Below are positions 31,577 to 40,517 of a DNA stretch of 41,453 bases, one piece after another. A program made the position numbers and the translations under genes. Within the stretch, counting starts at the first letter, position 1. Each line of letters starts with the position of its first letter. The notes under the pieces are model-generated. The model ran no database searches. It was not told the origin of the DNA and saw nothing but the letters and a program-made list of their open reading frames with translations. The DNA comes from Candidatus Dormiibacterota bacterium (GTDB lineage: Bacteria; Chloroflexota; Dormibacteria; Aeolococcales; Aeolococcaceae), in the NCBI GenBank assembly GCA_035948615.1, contig DASZJB010000083.1:1-41453 (forward strand), read 5' to 3'.

Positions 31577-33837
31577 CGCGGCGACGTCGTCTGGAGTGGT
31601 GGTGCGGGTGCCTGCGGCGTGAACGCGGCGATGTCGACGGGCTCGCCCTGACGCCAGAGTGTGGACGGCCACCAGTTCCTGCGTCCCAGCAAGACCACGA
31701 TTGCGGGAACCAGGATGGTGCGCACCACGAAGGTATCCATGACCACACCGAAGGCGACGCCGTAGCCGATCTGCTGGATTTGCGATCCTCCCGACGCGCC
31801 ACCGCCGGCGAAGGCGAGCACCGCGAAGGTGCCGCCGAGGATGAGTCCGGCGGTCGTCACCGTTGTGCCGGTGGCGCCGATCGCCTTGCGCACTGCGTCG
31901 CGCGTGCGCAGGTGATGCGACTCCTCGCGTATTCGCGTCATCACGAGCACGTTGTAGTCGGATCCCAGCGCCATGAGGAACACGAACATCAGGAACGGAA
32001 GCACGAAGTTGATGCCGCTCTGGCCACCGAAGTGGACGAAGATCAACGCCGTCAAACCCAGCGCGGCGAGATAGGAGAGCAGCACGCTCGTGACCAGGTA
32101 GAGCGGAGCCACGAGGCTGCGCATGACGATCGCGAGCAGGATCGCGATCAGCACCGCGACCACCGGAATGATGTGCCACAGGTCGGACGACGAGAGCTTG
32201 TTCACGTCGTACGCGAACGGCTGAATGCCGAAGACGCCCTGCGCCGTGGTATGCACCGCCGCGCCGGCGCGGTCCGCGAGCACCCGCAGCGCCGGCACCT
32301 GGGAGATGGGCGTCGCGGCACCGCCATGCTCGACGCCGATGTACTGTGCGGTCCGCCCGTCGGGGCTGACGAAACGCGCCAGGGCCGCAGCGGCCAGGGT
32401 GTTGCCACCCGCGTGCACCGCGATCAACTGCGAGGGGGTCAGTGCCTGACCCGAGAATGCCAGTGGCCCTTCGACAGTGGCGAACCCGGCGCCCGATTGC
32501 AGGGTTGTCTGGATCGTCTGGAGGTCGTCCGCGTGTGACCATATCGGGGTCGCGAACTTGAAGAGGAACTCGGTCGCATTCAGGTTCGCGCTTCCGTAGT
32601 GCGCGGAAATCAGTGCGTCACCGGCAGCGGAATCGGTCCCGGTCGGCGCTGACTGATCGGCGAAGCCGGCGGTGGTGGTGCCGACCTGTCCGAGTGCGAT
32701 CGCGCCGAAGATGATCGCGCCGGCGATCGCGACCGGCATCGGGCGTCGCACCACCACGCCGGCGATGCGTCCGTAGATGTTCGCTCGCGGGTTCTCGTCC
32801 AGCCGCGCTTTCGAGGGCCAGAACACGGCGCGACCGAAGATCGCCAGCAGCGCGGGAAGGAGCGTCAATCCGGCGATGAGCATCAGTGCGATGCCGAGCG
32901 CCAGCGCGGGACCGAGTGACTGGTAGAAGTTGAACTGCGCGATGATCAGCGACATCAGCGCGGCCATGACGATGAGCGCGCTGAAGGTGATCGACTCGCC
33001 GACCGTCGCAACCGCGCGCCGGACCGCATCCTTTGGTTCGAGACCCCTTCTCAACTCCTCCCGCACGCGGAACACGAGGAACAGGCCGTAGTCGGTGCCG
33101 GCACCGAGCACCAGGACGATGAGGATGAACTGTGTGATCGCTGAAACCTGCACACCAAGGTGGGTCGCGCCGGCGATGACCGGACTGGCAAGGGCGAGCA
33201 CCAGAGCCGCCGGGAGGAGCGTCACCAGCGGGGCGAGCAGTGCGCGGAACGCGAGGAGCAGCAGGACGATGATGAAGAGGAACGAGAACTTCTGCACGTC
33301 TCCCTGCGAGCTCTTCGACTGGCTCTGCTGATCGACGAACCCCGGGATGGTTCCCGTGAGGTGGAACTGCACTCCTGACGAGTCGCCGGGAAACGTCGCG
33401 CGGATGTTCGCCACCAGCGATACCGCATCGCTCCCCGCGCTGAAGGGGGGAAGGTTGGTGACCACCTGCGCCTGTTCGGCGTGCTTGTCGGGCGACAACC
33501 CGAAATCCTGCACGCGAATGACCTTGGAAAGGCCGCGGACCCTGGTCTCGATGCTGCTGATCTGCTGAAGGTCCGCGGCCGTGAGCACGCCATCGGCGCG
33601 TGCGGCGATCAGCGTCGCGACCCCGTGCTTGGAGTCCTGGAACGGCTGCGCCAGGTTCTCGGCCTGAACCGACGGCGAGCTCGCCGGCAGGAAGCTGCTT
33701 TGGGAGTCCTTGGCCACGTCGGACAGTCCGGGAAAGACCTTGACGGAGACGATCGTTATCAGCACCCACCCGATCAGGACGGGCCAGCGGTACCGAACCG
33801 AGAAACTCCCGATCGCGGCGAATAGCCGGCTGGTCAT
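31573..33837 (-). CDS. MMPL-family (RND superfamily) transporter
   Basis: The 12-TM/two-loop layout is present. The N-terminus SVRYRWPVLIGWVLITIVSV and duplicated halves are typical of MMPL proteins. It was trimmed to ATG 33837. Confidence 0.9.
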   Translation of the reverse strand: MTSRLFAAIGSFSVRYRWPVLIGWVLITIVSVKVFPGLSDVAKDSQSSFLPASSPSVQAENLAQPFQDSKHGVATLIAARADGVLTAADLQQISSIETRVRGLSKVIRVQDFGLSPDKHAEQAQVVTNLPPFSAGSDAVSLVANIRATFPGDSSGVQFHLTGTIPGFVDQQSQSKSSQGDVQKFSFLFIIVLLLLAFRALLAPLVTLLPAALVLALASPVIAGATHLGVQVSAITQFILIVLVLGAGTDYGLFLVFRVREELRRGLEPKDAVRRAVATVGESITFSALIVMAALMSLIIAQFNFYQSLGPALALGIALMLIAGLTLLPALLAIFGRAVFWPSKARLDENPRANIYGRIAGVVVRRPMPVAIAGAIIFGAIALGQVGTTTAGFADQSAPTGTDSAAGDALISAHYGSANLNATEFLFKFATPIWSHADDLQTIQTTLQSGAGFATVEGPLAFSGQALTPSQLIAVHAGGNTLAAAALARFVSPDGRTAQYIGVEHGGAATPISQVPALRVLADRAGAAVHTTAQGVFGIQPFAYDVNKLSSSDLWHIIPVVAVLIAILLAIVMRSLVAPLYLVTSVLLSYLAALGLTALIFVHFGGQSGINFVLPFLMFVFLMALGSDYNVLVMTRIREESHHLRTRDAVRKAIGATGTTVTTAGLILGGTFAVLAFAGGGASGGSQIQQIGYGVAFGVVMDTFVVRTILVPAIVVLLGRRNWWPSTLWRQGEPVDIAAFTPQAPAPPLQTTSPR

Positions 33838-33870
33838 GCGCCCACCGCGCGAGGCTCCTTCACGCCCCGG

Positions 33871-33902
33871 ATAGTACACGCCATAAAGTTTTCGGGCGTT
33901 CC
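33871..33902 (-). promoter_or_regulatory. candidate ECF-type promoter upstream of the MMPL gene
   Basis: The minus strand reads GGAAC (33902-33898), N17, then CGTGTACTAT (33880-33871), in a conspicuous AT-rich patch. Confidence 0.25.
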
Positions 33903-33919
33903 AGACCGGTTACGAGAGA

Positions 33920-35332
33920 TCAGGAGTCGAAGCCGAGCCCCGCGAGGTCGAGCGCCCTGAGCCAGAGATTGCGATGTCCACCGCTTCGGTCGGCGCGATC
34001 CAGCGACCAGCGTGTGAGCTGGACCACTCCGTAGCGGAGCGGCTCCGGGGGGAACGGTATCGGGCGGGTACGGACCAGGCGCAGCGCCGTGCGCTCGGTG
34101 CGTCTGCCCTCGAGCAGGTCGAGCATGACCTGAGCGCCAAAGCGAGACGCGCCCACCCCCAGACCCGTGTACCCGAGGGCGTAGGCGACCCGCCGATGGT
34201 GGCTCGTTCCCCAGAAGACGCAGAAGCGGCTGCACGTGTCGATCGCGCCGCCCCAGCGATGCGTGAAGCGCACATCCGCGAGCTGTGGGAACGTCGCAAA
34301 GAAATGGTCGGCGAGCTTGTCGAAGGTCTTGGCACGCTGCTCGAGCTCGACGTCGACACGGTTGCCGAAGTGGTAGATGGCATCGTAGCCGCCCCAGAGG
34401 ATTCGCGAGTCCGCCGTGAGCCGGTAGTAGTGGAACTGATTCCCGCTGTCGCTGATCCCCTGGCGATTCCTCCATCCGATGGAGGAGACCTGCGCGGATG
34501 TGAGTGGCTCGGTGACGAGCACGTAGTCGTACACGGGAAGGATGAAGGGACGAACGCGTGCCAGCAGTGGGCGATCGGCGTTGGTGGCAAGCGCGACGCG
34601 CCGGGCGGCGACGCTGCCGCGGACGGTCGTCAGCCGCATGCGCTCTCCGTTCGGGGTGAGTCGCAGAACGGCGGTGTTCTCGTGGAATCGCACCCCTGCG
34701 TCAAGGCATGCCTGACGCAGGCCCCAGGCCAGCTTCGCCGGATTGACGATCGCGGTCCGATCGTGGACACGTAATCCGCCTCGGTACGACGGCGACGCGA
34801 CCTCCGCGCGCATGGCGTCGGAGTCGAGCGCGTCAACGCGATAGCCGTGCGCGCGCATCGCCTCGGCAACCTCGACGAGCTCGGTGTACTGCCACGCCGC
34901 GGTGGCTACGTCGAGCATGCCGGTTCGCTCGAAATCGCAGTCGATGCCACGGTCGCGCAGCGTCATCTCGATGGCATCGAGGTTCTCGACACCGAGCCGT
35001 TCCAGGAGGTCGAGCTCGGTGGGAAACCTGCTGAGGCCGTTGGCGAAACCGTGGGTCAGGCTCGCGTCGCAGAAACCCCCGTTGCGGCCGGACGCGGCCG
35101 CCGCGACGCGGCGTGCTTCGAGAACGACGACATCGAGCGACGGGTTCCGTTCCCGGGCGAGCAACGCCGTCCACAGACCGGTGAACCCTCCGCCGACGAC
35201 CACGAGGTCGCACTCTATGTGTCCTTCGAGGCGTGGCTCCGGCTCCGGCGCCCCCTGGGCATCGACCCAGAACACGGCCGGCGCGGCATCGCGAAGCGCA
35301 GGGTGGCGCGGCGCATTGTTCACGAACGGCAT
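33920..35332 (-). CDS. FAD-dependent oxidoreductase (DAO family)
   Basis: It has the dinucleotide fold DLVVVGGGFTGLWTALLLA-type (CDLVVVGGGFTGLWTALLARE) and SGRNGG. It was trimmed to ATG 35332. The upstream part of the 764-aa track ORF overlaps the real out-of-frame membrane gene. Confidence 0.9.
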   Translation of the reverse strand: MPFVNNAPRHPALRDAAPAVFWVDAQGAPEPEPRLEGHIECDLVVVGGGFTGLWTALLARERNPSLDVVVLEARRVAAAASGRNGGFCDASLTHGFANGLSRFPTELDLLERLGVENLDAIEMTLRDRGIDCDFERTGMLDVATAAWQYTELVEVAEAMRAHGYRVDALDSDAMRAEVASPSYRGGLRVHDRTAIVNPAKLAWGLRQACLDAGVRFHENTAVLRLTPNGERMRLTTVRGSVAARRVALATNADRPLLARVRPFILPVYDYVLVTEPLTSAQVSSIGWRNRQGISDSGNQFHYYRLTADSRILWGGYDAIYHFGNRVDVELEQRAKTFDKLADHFFATFPQLADVRFTHRWGGAIDTCSRFCVFWGTSHHRRVAYALGYTGLGVGASRFGAQVMLDLLEGRRTERTALRLVRTRPIPFPPEPLRYGVVQLTRWSLDRADRSGGHRNLWLRALDLAGLGFDS

Positions 35333-35373
35333 CTTCCCAGAGCACCACGCGCGCGCATGTGCCGACCTGCCGG

Positions 35374-36888
35374 CTACCGGATTCCCGCTGCGGCGAGGGC
35401 CGTGTTCTTTACCATGATCACCGCGAGTCCGTCGTCGTAGACCTTCGTCCACTGCGGGTCGACCTCGAGCGCCAGCACCGCAGGAGCGCCCGGCACGTCG
35501 ATGACGTAGTCGATCCCCCACTCGGCGAAGATCTGCTGCCAGTCCGCATTGCCGGTTTCCACGTCGATCACCTGCTGCATCACCTTGGTGCCGAGCAACG
35601 TCGCTTCTCCGAACGAGAAGACCCGGCGGTTGGGGTCGGGATAGAAGCGGCTGATGAGATATCCGCCCCAGCCGTACTGATCGAACATGCGGGTTCCCAC
35701 CGTCGGATGCGCCGCCAGCCAGTCTGACGCGCCCACCGGGAAGTTGGCCGCGGTGGCGCGCGCTTGATTGGACAGTGTCGAGTGCACGAAGTACCCGGTG
35801 CCCAGAGCGGCGATGACAAGGATCGCGGCCGCACCGGCGAGCAGGTCCCTGGAACGTGGCACGACCCACGCGCGCACCCGCGCCGCCGGCGCCATCCGCT
35901 CCCAGCCGGCGGAGAACGACCAGATCAGCAAAGGCGTTTCCGCCGCGATGAAGAGCGCCGCGTGACGCACCGCGGACAGCGCCAGGTAGGAGACGGCGAC
36001 GGTCAGGCACACCTCCCACAAGGACGGCCGGCGCAAGACGAATGCGACCGGCACGAGCAGCAGCATCGCCTCGAAGCCGCGCTGCTCGAGAACATGGAAG
36101 TTCGGTGATTGCCACTCGGCGATGAAGTTCTGCTGCACCGCCGAGAATTGCGGTTGGATGACGTAGCTGTAGAGATGGATCCCATTGGGATTCACGAACG
36201 CTGCGACGACGCATGCGACGAACACCAGCAGCAGGTTCCGGGTCCTTCGCTTGTGCTCATCGCCGTCAACGCGGCGCACCCAGTGCACGGCTTCGACGAA
36301 CGCTGCGACACCCACCGGCACCAGGCCAAAGAGGAAGCCACCGTGGAGGTTGGCCCACGCGATCATCACCAACGGCAGCCAGTAGATCGCGCGCGATCTC
36401 CCGCGCAGGTACCGATCCAACCAGAGCAGCTCCAGGCCGGTCAGCGCGAAGGTGATCATCTGGGGGCGGGGTCCCCATACCGCGGCGCCCGCCAGACCGG
36501 CGACGCCGATCACGATAGCGGCGATGACCGGATTGGCGTTCTCGAGCCTGACCCGCCGCCAGATGAGCAGGAAACCGACAAACGTCACCGCACCGAATGC
36601 GACTGACACGAGCGTCAGCCCGCCGAGCTTGAAGATGAGGTACGCGATGACCTCGGTTGTGTACTCGGGGTCGACCCACTGCTTGCCGGCCACCGTGAAC
36701 GTGAACAGGTCATGGGAGACAATCTGATGGTGATCGACCATCCACTGGCCGGTGACGAGGTGCCAGAAGATGTCCGGATCACCACCGCGCCGTACGAGCA
36801 CGCAGAGGATCACGACAAACGCGGCGACCACCAGGAGCTGCCCGGACGTGATGCGTCGTAGGCGATGAGTCAGGGCGGCGGACATCAC
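35374..36888 (-). CDS. large polytopic membrane protein, GT-C-glycosyltransferase-like, with a C-terminal extracytoplasmic domain
   Basis: It has about 12 TM segments and the acidic first-loop motif GGDPDIFWHLVTGQW...DLFTFT...WVDPEY. The family assignment is tentative. Confidence 0.8.
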   Translation of the reverse strand: MMSAALTHRLRRITSGQLLVVAAFVVILCVLVRRGGDPDIFWHLVTGQWMVDHHQIVSHDLFTFTVAGKQWVDPEYTTEVIAYLIFKLGGLTLVSVAFGAVTFVGFLLIWRRVRLENANPVIAAIVIGVAGLAGAAVWGPRPQMITFALTGLELLWLDRYLRGRSRAIYWLPLVMIAWANLHGGFLFGLVPVGVAAFVEAVHWVRRVDGDEHKRRTRNLLLVFVACVVAAFVNPNGIHLYSYVIQPQFSAVQQNFIAEWQSPNFHVLEQRGFEAMLLLVPVAFVLRRPSLWEVCLTVAVSYLALSAVRHAALFIAAETPLLIWSFSAGWERMAPAARVRAWVVPRSRDLLAGAAAILVIAALGTGYFVHSTLSNQARATAANFPVGASDWLAAHPTVGTRMFDQYGWGGYLISRFYPDPNRRVFSFGEATLLGTKVMQQVIDVETGNADWQQIFAEWGIDYVIDVPGAPAVLALEVDPQWTKVYDDGLAVIMVKNTALAAAGIR

Positions 36889-36970
36889 GCCGAAGGGTAC
36901 TCAGTGCCGCGGCCAGCGCGACCCCAGGCTCAGCTGTCACAAATCCGTCGCTCGCGGTGCTTCACATGAT

Positions 36971-37543
36971 GTGGTCAAGTCCTCCGCCCTCCAGGCTCTC
37001 GGAAGTCAGCGTTTGAGCGACCTCTCCCGTCCGACACCCGAGGTGGGCGTGACGCCGACGAGCTTCGACCGGCTGTTCGACGAGGAATACGCCCGGGTCG
37101 CGGCGATCGCACGGCGCGTGCTCGGCGATCCCGCGGCGGCTGAGGATGTCGCCCAGGAGGTCTTCCTGGATCTCCACCGGCGATTCGGCGACAACCCTGG
37201 TGCCAAGGCGCCGGCGTGGGCGCGGACCGCCGCAGCACACACGGCGCTCAACCTGATCCGGACCAACCGGCGCCGCGCCGTTCGCGAGGAGCGGTTTGCC
37301 CCCACTCCCAGCCTCTCGAACGACCCGGAGGCCTCGGTTGAGGCGGCCGAGACCACCCGGGCGGTCCGGGCGGCCCTTGGCAGGATCCCGAGACGCCAGG
37401 CAACGGTCCTGGCGCTCCGGTACAGCGGTTTGAGCTACGCCGAGATCGCGTCGTCGCTCGGGATCGGGGTGAACGCGGTGGGAACGAGACTTCGGCGCGC
37501 AGAGGCGCGCCTTCGCAAGGAGGTTGGCGATGCATCCGTCTGA
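36971..37543 (+). CDS. ECF-type sigma-70 family sigma factor
   Basis: Region 2 reads AEDVAQEVFLDLHRRF. Region 4 reads LPRRQ-like IPRRQATVLALRYSGLSYAEIASSLGIGVNAVGTRLRRA. The start is uncertain; in-frame GTGs lie further downstream. Confidence 0.9.
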   Translation: MVKSSALQALGSQRLSDLSRPTPEVGVTPTSFDRLFDEEYARVAAIARRVLGDPAAAEDVAQEVFLDLHRRFGDNPGAKAPAWARTAAAHTALNLIRTNRRRAVREERFAPTPSLSNDPEASVEAAETTRAVRAALGRIPRRQATVLALRYSGLSYAEIASSLGIGVNAVGTRLRRAEARLRKEVGDASV

Positions 37544-38645
37544 CGGCACCCTGCGCCGCTCCCTCGACGAACCGGTCGCGGTCGATCCGGCGCGTCGGGA
37601 GCACATCGCACGCTGCGCCCGCTGCGCCGAGCGCGTTCAGCGCATGGGCGCGGACGCCACATGGGTCCAGGCGATGCTGACTTCGTCCGATCGTGCCGTC
37701 GATGTGCCTTCGGCTCGCGCCCGGCTTGCGGGAACCGAGATCGCGACCCCCGAAGGTGTTCGGGCGCGTGGGTCCACGGGCCGCCTGCGCTCTCGGAACA
37801 CGTTGGCGCGCCGGGTGATGGCCGGGGTCGCGGTGGCCGGCGTGGCCAGCGTGGTGCTGGTGGCGACCGGAGGAGCCCAGGACTTCCTCAGTCTGTTCCA
37901 GCCTTCGCAACTGGCCCCGGTCCCGGTGACCGCTGCGGACGTCCGTTCCCTCGCCGGGCTTGCCAGCTACGGGACGGTGACCGGCGGCTCGTCGATCGCG
38001 TTTCTCCCCGAACCGGACGCCGCCGCGGCCGGCGCTGCTGCCGGTCTTGCCGCCCCGGTGGTCGCGGAGCTGCCCGCGGGGACGCCGGCGCCGAAGTACG
38101 CCGTGGTCTCGGGTGGGGTCGTCACCTTCACCTTCAACGCCGACCTCGCGAGGACGGCGGCTGCCCGGGCCGGTGGGCAGCTGCCGGCGATGCCCTCCGG
38201 GCTCGACGGCAGCATGCTGTCGGTGTCGATCGCGCCCGCGGTGGTGGTCTCGTACGGCGTCGACCCCGCCGCGTTACTCAATGGTGAGGGCGTGCCTTCC
38301 GGGATTGCGTTCATCGTCGTGGACACCCGGACCCCGACCGTGTCCTCGACCGGCGTGACCGCCCGGCAGCTCGAGGACTACCTGCTCTCCGTGCCCGGCA
38401 TCCCGACGGGCGTGGCCTCGGAGATCCGAGCCATCGGCAACCCCAGCCAGACCATCGCCGTCCCGATCCCGGTCGATCTTGCCACCGGCTCGTCGGTCAC
38501 CATCAACGGCGCCCGCGGACTCCTGATCGGCGACTCGACGGGGCTGGGCAGCGCGGTCGTGTGGCAACACAATGGCGTCGTGTACGCGGTCGCCGGAACG
38601 TTGACCACCAACCAGGTGCTGGGCATCGCCCGATCGACGCATTGA
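37530..38645 (+). CDS. zf-HC2 anti-sigma factor with one TM and a ~230-aa extracytoplasmic domain
   Basis: AAGGAGG (37517-37523) lies 6 nt before ATG 37530. It overlaps the sigma gene by 14 nt. The H-x3-C-x2-C motif is in HIARCARCAERV, and the TM is VMAGVAVAGVASVVLVATGG. Confidence 0.8.
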   Translation: MHPSDGTLRRSLDEPVAVDPARREHIARCARCAERVQRMGADATWVQAMLTSSDRAVDVPSARARLAGTEIATPEGVRARGSTGRLRSRNTLARRVMAGVAVAGVASVVLVATGGAQDFLSLFQPSQLAPVPVTAADVRSLAGLASYGTVTGGSSIAFLPEPDAAAAGAAAGLAAPVVAELPAGTPAPKYAVVSGGVVTFTFNADLARTAAARAGGQLPAMPSGLDGSMLSVSIAPAVVVSYGVDPAALLNGEGVPSGIAFIVVDTRTPTVSSTGVTARQLEDYLLSVPGIPTGVASEIRAIGNPSQTIAVPIPVDLATGSSVTINGARGLLIGDSTGLGSAVVWQHNGVVYAVAGTLTTNQVLGIARSTH

Positions 38646-38692
38646 AGTCTGCCGCCCCCGCCCTGCCTCCGGCGTCCGAGGACGGGGCGGCG

Positions 38693-39598
38693 GTGCGGAC
38701 CCTCGAGCTCACCAAACATTACGGGGCGGCCGTCGCGCTGTCCGGCCTCACCATGGTGGTGCCCCGAGGAGAGGTGTTCGGGTTCCTTGGACCGAACGGG
38801 AGCGGCAAGACGACGGCGGTCAAGCTGCTCCTCGGCCTCAGCCGCCCCACGGGCGGCGAGGCGTGGGTGCTCGGTCGTCCGGCGGGCGATCGCCAGACCC
38901 GCAGCAGGGTCGGGTACCTCCCCGAGCTGTTCCGCTACCAGGGGTGGCTCAGCGCGGCCGAGGTGCTCGGGCTCCACTGCCGGCTCGCGGGAGTCGCCCG
39001 GGGCGAGTGGCCGGCGCAGATCTCCGGGGCGCTGACCACGGTCGGGCTCGCCGGGCACGCCCACGCCAAGGTCGAGACCTTCTCCAAAGGGATGCAGCAG
39101 CGTCTCGGGCTCGGAGTCGCGCTCCTCGGCCACCCCGAGCTGGTGATCCTCGACGAGCCGACCTCCGCCCTCGACCCCGTTGGACGGGCGGACACGCGGA
39201 CGATCATCCGCCACCTTCGGGATCGTGGATGCGCCGTGTTTCTCAACTCGCATCTCCTCGGTGAGGTGGAGCAGATCTGCGATCGCGCCGCGGTCGTCTC
39301 GGACGGCCGGGTGCTGGCCATCGGGGGCCTCGATGAGCTCCTCGGCAGCGGCGGCGTGCGCATCCGGCTCACCGGGTTGAGCGAGGCGGGGCGTGCCGCG
39401 CTAGCCCGCCGAGGTGGACTCTCCGAGCACGAAGGCTGGTTCATCGTCAACGGCGTCGAGTCCGAGGCGGTGCCCGAGCTGATCGCCGACCTGGTTGCGA
39501 GCGGCGCCAGGGTGTACGCGGTGGAACCGGTGCGCCAGACACTCGAGGAACGGTTCCTGGCCCTGATCGAGGCCGAGCAGGCGCGATGGCTGCGCTGA
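38693..39598 (+). CDS. ABC transporter ATP-binding protein
   Basis: It has Walker A GPNGSGKTT, signature FSKGMQQR and Walker B LVILDEP. The start is GTG 38693, or TTG 38642, which overlaps the anti-sigma stop (TTGA). Confidence 0.9.
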   Translation: MRTLELTKHYGAAVALSGLTMVVPRGEVFGFLGPNGSGKTTAVKLLLGLSRPTGGEAWVLGRPAGDRQTRSRVGYLPELFRYQGWLSAAEVLGLHCRLAGVARGEWPAQISGALTTVGLAGHAHAKVETFSKGMQQRLGLGVALLGHPELVILDEPTSALDPVGRADTRTIIRHLRDRGCAVFLNSHLLGEVEQICDRAAVVSDGRVLAIGGLDELLGSGGVRIRLTGLSEAGRAALARRGGLSEHEGWFIVNGVESEAVPELIADLVASGARVYAVEPVRQTLEERFLALIEAEQARWLR

Positions 39599-40443
39599 CC
39601 ATCGCGCGGCTCACGATTCGCGAGGCCGCGCGGCGAAAGCTGCTGCTGGCGCTGGCGATCCTCACTGTGATCGTCATCGGTCTGACGGGGTGGGGGTTTC
39701 AGCACCTGACCACGCTCACCAATCCGGATGGGACGCGTATCGCCGCCAGCGAGCTCCGCCTCGCGACGTCGCAGGTGCTGGTCCTCGTGGAGTTCATGTT
39801 CAGTGGCGTGCTCGCGCTCAGCGCCGTCGTGGTCGCGTCCCCGGCGATCTCGAGCGAGCTCGAGTCCGGCGTCGCGCTCTCGATGCTCGCGCGCCCGGTG
39901 AGCAGGTACGAGGTGGTGCTCGGAAAATGGCTCGGCCTTGCCGGGCTCATCGTCGTCTACGTCGCCGCCACGACAACCCTGGAACTGGTGGTGGTGGGGC
40001 TCACCACCGGGTACGTCCCACCGGGGCCGGTCGGACTGGCCGCGTACCTGAGCGGGGAGGGGATCGTGGTGATGTCGCTCGCGCTGATGATCAGCACCCG
40101 GCTCTCCGGGATGACCGCCGGCGTGATCAGCCTCGTCCTGTTCTTCCTCGCCTGGATCGGTGGCGTTGCCGGCGCGATCGGTGACGTGTTCGGCAGCTCC
40201 GCGATCAAGAACGCCGGCACCATCAGTCAGCTGCTCCTGCCGACCGACGCCATGTGGCGTGGGTCCGTGTACGAGCTCGAGCCCGTGCTGTACCGGGACG
40301 TGCTCGGGGCGACCACCGAGCGTGCGGGCAATCCCTTCTTCGTGCAATCGCCGCCATCGATGGGATTCCTGGCGTGGACGGTGTGCTGGGTTGTGCTGAT
40401 CGTGGGGCTCGCCGTCTGGAGCCTCCACCGGCGCGAGGTCTGA
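39586..40443 (+). CDS. ABC-2 family permease
   Basis: It has six hydrophobic segments. The ATG overlaps the ATPase gene by 13 nt. Confidence 0.85.
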   Translation: MAALTIARLTIREAARRKLLLALAILTVIVIGLTGWGFQHLTTLTNPDGTRIAASELRLATSQVLVLVEFMFSGVLALSAVVVASPAISSELESGVALSMLARPVSRYEVVLGKWLGLAGLIVVYVAATTTLELVVVGLTTGYVPPGPVGLAAYLSGEGIVVMSLALMISTRLSGMTAGVISLVLFFLAWIGGVAGAIGDVFGSSAIKNAGTISQLLLPTDAMWRGSVYELEPVLYRDVLGATTERAGNPFFVQSPPSMGFLAWTVCWVVLIVGLAVWSLHRREV

Positions 40444-40517
40444 CCCGGAGCCTCTTTCGCTGACCAGGGCCGGTTGGCTATCCTGCGGCGGCGATCGTCT
40501 TTGAGGCAGGGGGATGT

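Noticed and set aside
33920-36214. A 764-aa track ORF suggesting a large fusion protein.
   Set aside because: Only the C-terminal 470 aa (from ATG 35332) look like an FAD oxidoreductase. The N-terminal part is Arg/Gly-rich and overlaps, out of frame, the well-supported 504-aa membrane protein gene at 35374-36888.
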